Positions 22,701 through 33,780 of a DNA stretch of 64,000 nucleotides are shown piece after piece (the stretch's first letter is position 1; every line of letters starts with the position of its first letter). Source of the stretch: Phallusia mammillata (taxonomy: Eukaryota); the NCBI GenBank assembly GCA_965637545.1, contig OZ281495.1:2728001-2792000 (forward strand), given 5' to 3'. The notes under the pieces are model-generated. The model had not been told where the DNA came from. It made no database searches and was given only the letters and a program-made list of their open reading frames with translations. The position numbers and the translations under genes are program-made.

Positions 22701-25138
22701 GTCAAAACTTGAGAAAGTAGCTTGGTAGTTTGTTGCTTATCCAAACGCGTTTTCAATTCTTCTTTTATTTCAGTCATTGTAGGACGTTTTGTTGGATCTT
22801 GATCCCAGCATCGCTTCATCAGTAGTTGGAGTTGCTCTGCGATTTCTTTGTCTTCACCGACCAAAGTTTGTATCCAATCCTGTATTTCCTGGCAGTCTGG
22901 TCTTTTTCCTTTCTTGATTTCCTCTAATAACTCTCTTCGCTCTTCCTGAGTCAGACGTGGATACGGAGCTTTACGATTTAGTGCCCAGTGGATGATCATT
23001 GAAAATGCGTAAACATCATGTTGCTTCCTAGGCTTCATGCTGAGGTCCTTCAGTTTTTCAGGAGCTGTGTAATAGGGAGTGAATTGAGGCCTTTCTTTCT
23101 TGGTTCGTGCCAAAGGATTCACATTTGCCGAAATACTGTAAGTTGCCAGTTCGGCCCCGCCAAAATCGATTATTTTGCAATGGAGCTCTTTAGAAAACAT
23201 AACATTTTCGGGTTTTAAGTCCTGATGAATTAAACGTTTATCAGGTAAATTGTGACAGAAAGCCATTGCTGATGCTACTTCGTATAAAATACGAACACGC
23301 AAAGCAAGGCCCAGTTCTTTTGATGTATCCTGTAGTAGCTCTTTGAGATTCCCGCCTTTGTAATATGCCATCACAATTCCTATTGCGAAAGTCCATTTGA
23401 CATAGCCAAAAACCCGAACGACATTTTCATGATCTGCTTTCTGCAAGTGTTCCATTTCTTCTTTGATTCTAAAAAGAGAGTTTTTTTTTCAGCTGCATGT
23501 TACGTTTTGTGCATGTAATAACGCAAAGCAAAGATCTCGGTAGGACAGGTGAGGTGGTATGTCCCCTCAACAAAATGATTGAAAACAATTTATCAAACGT
23601 CACACAACCCGCATTCCTCGCTTTTTAATCTTCGGTTTTTAGCAATGATTAAAAATGTCGCATCTCGCACCACACATCAGGAAATCAAGCAGGCCAACCA
23701 AGATTAGTAGTCACGATGGCTGGCGCGCTTTGCTGGTTAATTCATCTAAGATTGCGCAGTAGTTTGTCATTATCGTGTAGTCCATGGAATTAATGCCGCT
23801 GGACGAAGCTTTTGAGGTATAACTAGTTTTGTAAGTCCACACATATACCAGATACACCAGCACAATATATAAAATTAGCAAATGTTTTCAAAATTGCCAT
23901 TTTTTAAAATTTAATTTCGATTTGTTACCTCATTATCATATTTTACAAATTGTTGTGAAGTCATCAACACAAAATTAATCTTAAATAGTACGTTTCTTCC
24001 ATATTTGCGATAGATTTGCACCGCTCTATATAACAAATCGTATAACTTACGTTTTTTCAAGCCGCGCCTTTTCTTGGGTTCCACCAGATACTTCAAACAC
24101 TTTGATGGCAACTTCTTGCTTTAACCCATTGTGGTATCCGAATATAACATCCCCGAAGCCTCCTGAACCGGCCACGAATTTGTCAAGGTTACATGTGATG
24201 TCACCACAATCCAATTCCCGTAACTGTGACACAGAAAGATTATGTTTTTACCCCTGATGTCCAACGTATATTTCATTGAGGTCCAACCAAGCCATACAAC
24301 TAACTTAACCAATGTTATTCAAAACTTTGTTCAACCGGTTTGCAAACGAAAAGTTTTTGATTCAAATCCCGTTGGGCTTTAGTAATTGCTGAGTAATTTA
24401 AAACCCAGTTTTTTACATTGCAAGATTTGTTTTTGAAACAAATTCTCTGCTACAAATTTAGGTTTATCAGACAAGTCAGAGCGAGTTGAGTAAAACATAG
24501 TTATCGACTAGTTTCAGAGTGTTAAAATGGTTTATATAGAAAAAGAAAGCGGATTATGTCAGTAAGTCCTCCTAAACTTAACTCTTAGCTAAACATTATC
24601 AGTCACTAGAAAGCACAAAAGGGCCTTAGAGCTACTAACACAGGACCTTACATCACAGGCCTACTAATTTCCAGTAAAGTGCGCACTCAAAAATAATTCC
24701 GGCAGAGAGCGCACTCAAAAATCTTAAATGCACTTTGTAAAAAAAATGCTGACGGTTAGGGCTATGGGGGTTGGTCTGAGGTTTCACAATAACACTGAAA
24801 TCAGCCCAAAAACCCAGTTTATGTTAAATTCATTCATTTAACCCTACCCCAGACGCAATTGTAATTTGAATAACTGCGCTCTTTTCACCATCGATCGGTA
24901 TTTAAGAAACTTTTTGTGGTGTGAGTTTCTGTGTTAGTAGATCCTCCCAAAATAGGAAGGAACGAAAATACTTTAGGATTAAAAGAAAAATTTAAAACAA
25001 ATTTATTTGAATCCCGGTAGTCTAATTTGAAACTATACTTTTTCATACGGTGGACAAATAAAACCTGTTTAGTGTAATGAACAAACAAACAAAAGAAAAA
25101 AATTTGTAGAAGTTGCTTACCTCTTTCGGCGAAGTCAT
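10018..25138 (-). CDS. Unit 1 gene model: RIPK-like kinase - linker repeats - SH3 - linker repeats - TPR-like domain (~955 aa, 15 exons)
   Basis: Exons 25121-25138, 24051-24223, 22603-23468, 22292-22372, 21623-21748, 21032-21118, 20830-20919, 19732-19776, 18566-18669, 18032-18181, 17594-17624, 16816-16938, 16597-16686, 16033-16155, 10018-10778 sum to 2868 nt = 956 codons in one open frame with compatible phases. Confidence 0.72.
11958..12260. repeat. CCCGAA/GGCCCG-rich interspersed repeat (MITE-like)
   Basis: Clustered cccgaa/ggcccg motifs at 11970-12040 and 12190-12255. Confidence 0.35.
12337..15120. mobile_element. Decayed DNA-transposon-like material in the last intron of unit 1
   Basis: Starts near CACTAGAAAAAA; AGCC/GGCT-rich repeats at 12350-12720 and 15030-15120 (30-bp tandem pair); exon-like fragment NFCTVALYHMFYLEYP at 14199-14246. 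Far end not found. Confidence 0.3.
13270..13661. mobile_element. MULE-like MITE with ~120-bp TIRs and 8-bp TSD
   Basis: TIRs GGGTGACACTAAAACGCTGAATGGGCGGGA...; aaattttt duplicated at 13262-13269 and 13662-13669. Confidence 0.8.
16033..16155 (-). CDS. Unit 1 type-A linker exon (VPSTLNNTEERSTEP...QQP)
   Basis: tttag|TG ... G|gtatga, 123 nt, phase 1-1. Confidence 0.8.
16597..16686 (-). CDS. Unit 1 type-B linker exon (DPTRRGSKGLFTTVRKFISRLNRKSPQPPT)
   Basis: ttcag|AT ... G|gtaaac, 90 nt, phase 1-1. Confidence 0.8.
16816..16938 (-). CDS. Unit 1 type-A linker exon (VPSTSGDTEERSTEP...PQQL)
   Basis: tttag|TG ... G|gtataa, 123 nt, phase 1-1. Confidence 0.8.
17594..17624 (-). CDS. Unit 1 31-nt micro-exon (ILEIKEVKNT), phase 0 to 1
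   Basis: acccag|ATA ... ACA G|gtaagt; restores phase after the SH3 exon. Confidence 0.55.
18032..18181 (-). CDS. SH3 domain, second exon (EEEGWARGRCNGKEGVFPTNY...)
   Basis: acacag|GAG; SH3 core GW..G...G.FP.NY; ends AAG|gcaagt (GC donor) or 4 nt later at a GT. Confidence 0.85.
18566..18669 (-). CDS. SH3 domain, first exon (DVEVLRRMEVTYSYEPGNADELQLKVGDIIDVYND)
   Basis: gtcag|AT ... GAT|gtgggt; SH3 RT-loop motif Y.Y.P.N.DEL.L..GD.I. Confidence 0.88.
19368..19710. mobile_element. Truncated copy of a CCGAATATTCGG-type MITE (fuller copy at 57547-58006; mirror 3181-3523)
   Basis: Aligns by eye to 57547-57690 and 57880-57925. Confidence 0.65.
19732..19776 (-). CDS. Unit 1 short linker exon (ENRPTSSSSSPQQPT)
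   Basis: cctacag|AA ... G|gtaaac, 45 nt, phase 1-1; 3' half matches type-B exons. Confidence 0.6.
20830..20919 (-). CDS. Unit 1 type-B linker exon (DAIRNDDEKFNPSVQKLIARFNSISPQQPA)
   Basis: gttcag|AC ... G|gtaacc, 90 nt, phase 1-1. Confidence 0.82.
21032..21118 (-). CDS. Unit 1 A-related linker exon (ASAGTSQKNKQLPSYEQEETPTSSNAQQS)
   Basis: cattag|CA ... G|gtatga, 87 nt, phase 1-1. Confidence 0.65.
21623..21748 (-). CDS. Unit 1 A-related linker exon (GPSTTSAAIKK...SRKPQQL)
   Basis: tttcag|GC ... G|gtatgg, 126 nt, phase 1-1. Confidence 0.7.
22292..22372 (-). CDS. Unit 1 shortened type-A linker exon (VPFTSGGTEGRLSE...SQQ)
   Basis: tttcag|TG ... G|gtaaaa, 81 nt; the paralogous downstream donor is lost (gattta). 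Confidence 0.65.
22603..23468 (-). CDS. Unit 1 main kinase exon, RIPK-like TKL kinase
   Basis: EEMEHL (alphaC), IHQDLKPEN, IIDFG, YTAPE, DVYAFS, LMKRCW..DP.KRP; ttttag|A phase 2, G|gtaaat phase 1. Confidence 0.93.
24051..24223 (-). CDS. Unit 1 kinase N-lobe exon
   Basis: cacag|TTA; GSGGFG and VAIK; AC|gtaagt; 173 nt, as in units 2 and 4. Confidence 0.92.
25121..25138 (-). CDS. Unit 1 start exon (MTSPKE)
   Basis: ATG ACT TCG CCG AAA GAG|gtaagc, phase 0 fits the next exon; paralog MTSANE at 46657-46674. Confidence 0.7.
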
Positions 25139-25759
25139 GTTTCAGGCAGTTTTAAAAAATATTTTAGCAAAGAATGAATCTAACTGCAGAAGCTCTTGCT
25201 GCATAAAAACAAATTGATGTTTTTTATGTGTTTGTTGATAACCTCGCCCTACAAGTTAGGTCTGCAGTCGCAACACCAGTGCCAATAAATATCATACTTA
25301 AAGATTCTTTAGCAAATAAGCATCAATATTCTATTGTTGCTATGAAATATTACCCTTGTCGAATATACGTGTAAGATCTCCAACTTTCGATACATTTTTT
25401 TGGCTACATATAGGTTCCAACGGGGACCAAACAATGTATCGCACCAGCAAATTTGTTTTATTACTTTTTGACTCTTGACCCCTGCTGACAGCCACACATT
25501 TATCTTGTCACTGACTGAAACAAGTTTCTGCATCTCCGACTCCAATCCTTCGCAATACACGTTTCTCAAGTGACAATTTTTTTGAATAGCAAGCAAACTC
25601 TGATGACCAAAACGCTTTCTTTTCTATTTCACGGCTTTCATTTAATCAAACTAGATCGCAACTACATGTGACTGTTTAAACCAATACAACTCATATAAAT
25701 CATGTGATTTATTGACTGCACTCGGAAAAGATAAAAGGTGCTTTACACTTACGTACCGA

Positions 25760-28250
25760 GACCGCCGGTTATTAGTTGTCACCAGACCATTAAGGGTAGG
25801 GCCTGAGGTTTAAAGCAAAAAAGCGCCTCTTTGAAAACATCGATTGTGTTTGCGTATAAACGGTTTTGTTTCTTGTTTTATTGTTTTTTTTTATTTCTGT
25901 GGAAATACCATTGTTTCGACAGCTTCTACTCAAATGTGGGACAACAGGCAATACATATACATTTTATTGAGGTCCTCCCGCACCAACAAACAGAGTAACT
26001 CGTTTTTATCAATCTTAGTTGTTTAAAAATCGAATAAATTTCAAAATTGTTGTTTGAGTTCGTGTTTTAAATGTTGCCAAACATATAGGATGTGCGGCGT
26101 TTTCCATATTGTAATTCAACGTATAAGTCAAAAACTATTAACGGCAAATTTAATTGGTACTGAACCAAGGTTAAAAATAGATGTGGAGGCAAACAGAGCT
26201 TTAGTCGAGTCTCGCCAACAATAAGGCTGGTGGGTTGGGGTAGAACGCCACTAAGGCGTAACGGGTAACCAACTTTGGGTCTCAGGTATCGTCTCACAAC
26301 GATTGAAACTCGATTATTCACATGGCGCTGTTTGTATCAATCTATGTGATTCTGTTGGTTGGCCCAGACAAAAGACTTAAAACCTCAAACTAGTGAGAGG
26401 ACTATAGCTTTTTTAAAAGTATTGCCGCTCGTCACTGACTCCTTTCGTAATATACGTTTTGTACATAACAAAATCTAATGCGCAAAACACTACAAATTCA
26501 GACCTGCTCTATTTCTACTTCGTAAGAGCAGTCGCCTAAATAAAGGTTGGACCGACAACACGACTCGTATGAATGAATGCGACTTATTTACAGCAGCTGA
26601 ATAGAGGAACGGTGTTTTTTCACGTACTCGCCGTGACTGCCACGTTCTTAGTTGTCACCAGACCGTACAAGGGTAGGGGCTGATGGTAAAAAGTTTTTGC
26701 CGGTGAAAAAAACGACAAATACAAGAACAATTGTTGTTGCGTTGAAACTTGGCCTTGAGTCAAACCGAACAACTTAAACCTAGAAAGTGTGGTTAGTTAA
26801 ACTTCATGGCTGTGTTGGGCTAAGGAAGTTACTCAATAATAAGTATAAGCGTTGCAATATCCAACATACATTGGTTATAAAAGATACCAATATTATTTAT
26901 AGACGTCACCACACCAATAAACAGGAGAACACGTTTAATTAATCTTGGATGCGTTAATAATACACTAAAGCATGGGTCGGCAACCTCTGGCACGAGGTGG
27001 TTTTTCATGGCACGCCAACCGATTTGCGTGTTTATATTGAAGGAACAATTTAACCTGTTACACTGCTTGTTTATAGTTTTTATTCAGATTTACATGCACA
27101 AAACACTGCTTTTTTCTTATTATTGATATCTGCTGGCACGATCAACTATTATTTAGAGAAACGCTGGCACGCGGGGTCATTAACACACAGAAGCAACAAG
27201 TAATTGGCACGCGTCGCCTAAAAGGTTGCCTACCCCTGCACTAAAGTCCAAACTGGTCAGCTGGGTTTGTGTGGTAACTATTGGCAAACACATAACGAAA
27301 TAGTTTAAATACCAAACGCCTTAAGAATGATATTTATATCTGCTAAGCATAATCCATAGTGAGAACAGCAGCATTACTTAACTTTGCCACATTCGTTTAT
27401 CAAGCTTTGCCACGTAAGGTATCTCAAGCATACAAAGCCACGTTTCTAAAATTTTTGGGCAACGTGTAAGTCGAAAACAAAAGTCTACCGGCAGATTTAA
27501 ATGATATTGAACTAAAGGCTAAAGTTAGGCGCGGAGGCATAAATCAGCTTATAGTCAAGTCTCGTCACGTGCCTTTGCTACAATAAAGCTGATGGGTTGG
27601 GGTAGAACGTCACTGAGGGGTGACGGGTAACCAATGTAGGGTCGTCTCACAACGATCGAAACTCGACGTGACCGCCGCGTTATTAGTTGTCACCAGACCG
27701 CACAAGGGAAGGGCTGAAGACGATTGTGGTTGCGTTGAAACTTGGCCTTGTGTCTTAAACTAAACGACTTAAATTTCGAATATGTTATGGGTGAGTTGTA
27801 AAACACCATTATGACAACACTATGCTGTGCTGCTGTGAAAATACAACGTTCATTAGTAAAAAAATCATGAGTTGTTTCAAAATTTTAAAAACGCTTTTAA
27901 ACAAACATCTTATGTATTTCTTTTTTGAGCGTGTTACCAACCTTGCCACGTTCGTTTATCAGACTCTTTTTCGTAACGTATCCCAAGCATGCAAAGCAAC
28001 GTTTCTCATATTTGCAGTGTTAGCAACGTGTAAATCGTAAACAAAAGCTATCGGCATTTTTGTTCAAAACTAAAGGTTAAAAATAGATGTGGAGGCATAA
28101 AAAAGCTTTCAGTCGAGTCTTGCCACGCCACTTTGTAACAATAAAGCTGGTGGGTTGGGGTAGAACGTCACTGAGGCGTGACAGGTAACCAACATTCGGG
28201 CTAAACTATCATCACAACGATCGAAACGCAATTATTCACATGGCGCATTT
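25760..28250. repeat. Internally triplicated non-coding module upstream of unit 1
   Basis: ~170-bp block at 26167-26328, 27511-27666 and 28071-28246; ttattagttgtcaccagacc-like block near 25770, 26645 and 27680; partly homologous to 47550-48000. Confidence 0.8.
26971..27238. mobile_element. hAT-type MITE
   Basis: TIRs CATGGGTCGGCAACCT / AGGTTGCCTACCCCTG; 8-bp TSD cactaaag on both sides. Confidence 0.88.
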
Positions 28251-29246
28251 GTTTGTATGAATCTAAGTGATTCTGTGGTGCTGACTGCTGCAAACACAAC
28301 TCAACAATTGTAGATCGGTGATTTTTATACCCAAACCTTAATTAATCGTTCTGCGGAAACGCGTTCTACAGGTTATTACTTTTTTGCATATTGCTAATCT
28401 TTGTGATTGTAATTTGTAAGCTACAACTACATTTTGTTGCCAAGCAACATACCAATGAGTAAAAAAACTAAACGTTGTCGATATTTTGTGGGTTGTATTG
28501 TATTTTGTTTGCACGTACGTCAGCAAGGAAAACAAAGTATAAGATATCATAGGTAATTTGGCTCGAAAAACACTTCACACAGCTGCAAAAATCAACCAAT
28601 TGTGGAAGGAAACAAAGGTGTTTTTTGCAATTTTTTGTGTGTTTTGTGCGAATTGGGATGATAGCTTTTCCGATACGCTGGACTGGTGCTTGTGCAATTT
28701 GGGGCGTATACTCGGTATATTTCGTACAAGCGGTATCTGATGTGAGCAAAGGTCATGAGATTAGATTCACTGGGTTCACTACAAATACTTCGAACTTTTT
28801 CTGGGATATCCAACTTCTGGCTTTTCTCGTCCCAGTAAAAATACCAACCCTTCTGCTTGGTTGATGTTAATTTTTGGAAAGGGAAGTCTATTGTGTATGT
28901 AAAACTAATAAACAAATCAAACGAAAGCACCAAGCAATGCAAAAAATACAAAATCCGACACTACAATCTTTAGTCCAACTTTGTGACTTTACCCGTTCCC
29001 TCATGGGATGTTTTCACGATGCACTGAAAAGTTGCAAAATAGTAAAATAAATAAAACTATTTTTGCAGAACTACAAAATAATTAAAACGCAATCAGAAAT
29101 GCTCGGGGTATAACTTGTGATACTCGTAATTGAAACTTAAAGCTCGAATCACCCAGTCCGTTGCTTGGTGGGTGAAGACTAAAAATCCTTATAGCAATAG
29201 ATGTAAGTTCCGACAAATCACTTAGTCGTTCACCCTTTGGTTTTAA

Positions 29247-29285
29247 AGATATATATATTTCGCTATTACAGCATCGTCAGTATCT
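29247..29285 (-). ncRNA. Minimal type-I hammerhead ribozyme
   Basis: agata CTGACGA t gct gtaat agc GAAA tat ATA tatct: core, stem II, palindromic stem III (ATATAT), AUA cleavage triplet, stem I agata/tatct. Confidence 0.75.
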
Positions 29286-29800
29286 ACGAACAAGCAGAAA
29301 GATTCATAAAAAATTAATGAAAACAGTATGCATAAAAGGCCTACTAATAAAAGTGTAAAAAACGTTAAAAAACGTTACTCAAGCTGCAGCGGCAACCAAC
29401 GCACCGAGTGAACCACTACCGCATCAAACAAGCGAACAGACAAGAAAAAGAAAAAATACATTACAGGTGCGCGGCCGGAGGGAGGAAACAAGGCAACTTG
29501 TATATTATCGTCCGATAAAAATCCACAGGCAGAGAAAACACGCTGGTTGACGAGATAAGGCGATATAAACACAAACAAACTGGAGGGGAAGGCGAAGGAC
29601 GTTATTTTACTCTAGGAAGAACCATTTTTTGGATGTTTATGCTTGCACCACTTTTGTTTAGCCATTTGTCCTCGTAAATGTCCAATAAATGAACCGGTGG
29701 TTTTTGTACGAACTGCACAAAAAAACATTGAGCGATGTCTAAATGTTCTTCAAATATGTCGCTGTGTGCGATAGCGTAGTGGTGTCTAGTGGTGTCTATT
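29247..29800 (-). mobile_element. 3' remnant of a Penelope-like element
   Basis: Minus-strand peptide FVQKPPVHLLDIYEDKWL / ASINIQKMVLPRVK* (one frameshift, stop 29602-29604) matches the C-terminus of the PLE at 49.7 kb; followed by a hammerhead. Confidence 0.8.
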
Positions 29801-32800
29801 CAAGATACAAATAAATTGGGATCTATTTTTTCTAAATTCCTGTTTTAAGAAGAGACTTTTGGCTGAGGTTTGTTCTTCAACAGTTATATTATGCTGATAA
29901 TAGATATTATTTTGTATCTTGTGCTAAACATATCCTTTCTAAATGACACTTTTTCATTTGTTTAACTTTTTTGGGGCTTTCTGCATTTAATTTTGGAACA
30001 TTGCAGCTTGAATATAAGTATGTCTACTCTATATAATATTTCTTCTCTTATATAGGACCAACTACATTACCACTCAGTGATGTAACAGTACAGATCATTG
30101 ATTATATGACAATGACCCATTCACTAAAGAGCAGAAAATGCATGGATTGGTGAAATGAATTATTATTGGAAGAGAACAAGATTCCAAATGACCATTTTGG
30201 ATACAAATTTATGGATGAAATCTTTACTGTTGACAGAAGTAGGTTAATGTTTTTGTTGTTTTGCATTGATACTTTTGTTAATTTGTAAAATTATTTAAAA
30301 CTTTTGAATTTCAGTGTCAGACTAGAGAGCTGGACTGCTAACTTCTCAAAAAGGTTTGACTGCTGATGACCAGAGTGGACATGCTGTTGCGATAATAATC
30401 ACTGATTTGCAAGATTGATTCGGACACTAAAAGTCATCATGGCAGGTTTGCATTTAATTTTTTTACTTCGACTTGTGCAAAAGTATAAATTACAAGCAAT
30501 ATTTACATAACATTTCCAATGCCAAATCTGCATATACTGTCTTATTTTTTTTATAGATGTAGTATTGTGTATTTTTTTATTTAGCAATTACCTATTTTGT
30601 ACACCTCTTGTTTATTTAATACATTTAATTCATATTAGTCTGTGAAGGGATTCGCTCTAAGTTTAATTGAATTGTTTTTGTCTATTTTAACTTAAGGCTG
30701 TGCAATTTCAATTCTTAATGTGTGACCGTTTACTTAGTGGAATGTTTACTTAACAACTTATATTGTGATTTCATTTCCCCTACAGCCCTACCTTCCTATA
30801 CAACTACCAACTATGAGAAATCACTTAAGTGGGACGGCACTTAATAAATGGGCCCAGGACAAATTTATTTCGCGAACAACCAACGGGAAATTCCCTACTG
30901 AGACTAAATCTTAAATCAATAGCGCCCACTGGCGGATTTGTTAACGCGCCCCGACGTGCCACTGAATTCACCACTCATGAAGGTACGTCACATTGGTAGA
31001 TTCGTGTGGTAATTGTCGGACGTAAGGGTGTGTATTTTACAATAACAAAAATACTTGTCGGTTTTACGCCACTATTCAAACCTGATCACCTAGGGGTATC
31101 GAACTCGTACAAACTGCTGTGCCAATTTCTATGTTCCATTCTGTACAAACGTTCATTGTATTTAGTGGTCCCTTTCGAGCATTTCCGATTAAATGTATCT
31201 AATAAAGATTGACATAAATATTAAAACTTAATTTCCTCCATGCAAAGGTATTGCCGCAACCACATGTAGGGTTGCATTCAACTAGTTTCGCAGAATTACC
31301 ACCATTTGTTACAACGCAAAGAAAAATAACGAATCATAGTTGTCCGGAAACATTTGTAATTTGTTACCTGTAACTGAATAAAGAAGCATTACTCGGTAGA
31401 AGTGACTCGTATATATTCCACACAATTTTGCAATTTACTAGTCGCGCCAACCGACTTCTAATAAGACGGCAGAATATCTACAAACTTTTGCGGTCTGTAA
31501 GATTTGTAAAACTATTTGTCCCTCGCGCACCACTACCAGATTTATACGGCCCGCTCTCAAAACGTTTAATGACCCCTTGACACTAATGCTTCACAAAACA
31601 AAATTTGGGTCAGAATTCATTGTCGATTGTCGCAATTGTGACGATTATTAGACCTAACGTTGACTTGCGTGGCATTTTCAAATACGTCGCATGCCACCTG
31701 TTGGACACCCCTGTGATAATATATTGTCTCGTACGACCAACCTGAACCGTCGTAAGATCTCACGTCACAAACAAATAATCTTCATTGTAAAAGTTTCTCG
31801 GAATGACGTCACTAAATAAAAAACTCCTTTATTTAGGCAACTTACTGCGCATTACTCCACCAAGCGGCAAGTTGTTCCCGGTTAGAACACGCGACGATTT
31901 GAAAATTGGCTATCGCATCATGGTACATCGATATGACGTCACGAAACACATTTTTCTCTTTAGAATCTTTAGAATAAAGCGGCACAAAATGTCCCGTCTT
32001 GGACGAGTGACGCCTTGCAACGACAACCGGGGCCAGTGTTTATTCCAGTGCAAATCTGACTCCTGGACCACAAGGAATTTTCGTCAACACGACAATCAAC
32101 TGAGTGTCGCTGACATTCTGTCTCACGCTGTGAGTGATTTTGGCACGACTGCTTCATCCAGCGTGTCCATCTTCACAGAGACGGCATCGCCTTCCATCAG
32201 ATGTTTGTTATTTTTTAGATCCGCCAGTAAACAATGACTTGTTTGCCTCGACCATAAAGTAAACATGCACATCATGTATAAATTCAATTAAGCGTTTCCA
32301 CAGGGTCTTTGAACTATGGGGTTTTTATTACCTGGCCATTTTTACGGGCAGAAACTCGTGTCCAAAATCGATGAATATGTGACATGGGAAAAAATTTAAA
32401 CTGGCAGAAGATGCGAACTCGAAGTGTCCAAAGAACATGTTTGAAGTGTTGAGATTTTGTTCTGGATATACAGAAGTTACTTTTCTACTGGGTTGTATAT
32501 CGCGGGATAACCACCCTTGTATTAAAGCACCGTTCTTATATTTACCAATTTACGTCACCTCTTAGTCCTGCGTTGTTGATTTTTAAAATATTCATACCCT
32601 TACATTTTTTCCGCTAGGTGGTGCACCAAGGTTATAATGTGTGATGTTGTGCTTGCAATCACCGAAAGAAAACATTTAACAAACTTCAATTCTTACTGTT
32701 TTGTTTTTTTAGGAATGTGAATGCTTGTATATCCGCACTACATCCCCCCCCCCTCCGCACAAAAAAAAATTAAATATGCTTGTAAGCATGTCATGTTTCT

Positions 32801-33780
32801 GCTTCATTCTTCTGTGCTAAAATTACCACACGTGTTAAATTAAACTCCTTTAAACCTTATTATGGCTTTAGTGTCAATCAGCAACCAATGCAACATATTG
32901 CCTTAGTTGGTCGGGGATGTCATTCCAAGCTTTTGGACCAATATGTTACTAAGGAAAGCAAACTCTATCACAAACGTCGCTGCGTTTTGTTTGCACAAGT
33001 TTTGAGCACCTATTATCCAATTAAGTTTTTTACTTGCATTCTGTTTTGCACGCTCACATACACAAATGATATTATTTTCATCACGAAACAAATAATACAG
33101 CGTTTATATTGTACTATTGCCGCATTAGTTCACGTTATATTGTTTAACTTTAGCACCGTTTGCTGACTCGGGTGTGACACTGCGCTGTAACACAAGTCTT
33201 TATGTTTTACGATTGTCACTTTTTGTACAGTTTTGTTTAAGATAAACAACTCTCACCAACAAGCTTGCAGTGTTCTTATTTATTCCCTCATAGTTGTTTA
33301 ATTTAATTGGTGTTGTTTTTTATTTTTCAAATGAACACAGCATTTTGTGTTTATGGTGGTGTAGTCTTGTACATTGTTTCATTTTTGTTATTTATTGTTC
33401 ATGACCTTATGAACGCCCTGAGCACCTTTATTGGTGTTTGTTTTAGTTTAGTGCAATTATTGTGTTGCTATGTTTGTTTTTTTCTTTCACCAAGCGAAAT
33501 TTACTCAACTCCCGAATCAAGTGAAAAAGGTAAAAATATAATAAACAGGATTATTGTTTCGAACTTTCGAGTGCAACGAGACACATGTGTTGATACTAAG
33601 CCCAACGTTTATGGCAGTCGTCAATCGTAGATTTACGCTACAGTAGGTTAAGTATTTTCTGTCTTTATGTATGTTCTGTCGTACAACGTCGCGAAGTCTA
33701 CAAATAAATTTTGGGGTAACTCAACGCGCCATCACGTGGTTGAACATGACAAAAGTTTGTAAAAAGTTGTAGCCCTTATA

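Larger units (their letters stand above)
14117..22890. repeat. Right arm of the inverted duplication
   Basis: Position i pairs with 22891-i throughout. Confidence 0.97.

Noticed and set aside
25760-28250. Repeated blocks as a CRISPR-like array
   Set aside because: Long, diverged repeats with irregular spacing in a eukaryotic context and no cas genes.
30885-30895. kB-like site GGGAAATTCCC 5.7 kb upstream of unit 1
   Set aside because: Single isolated match, not conserved upstream of unit 2; chance occurrence is plausible.
31803-32260. GC-richer block with 144-aa and Cys-rich short ORFs
   Set aside because: No recognisable motifs or consistent splice signals; remains unexplained.
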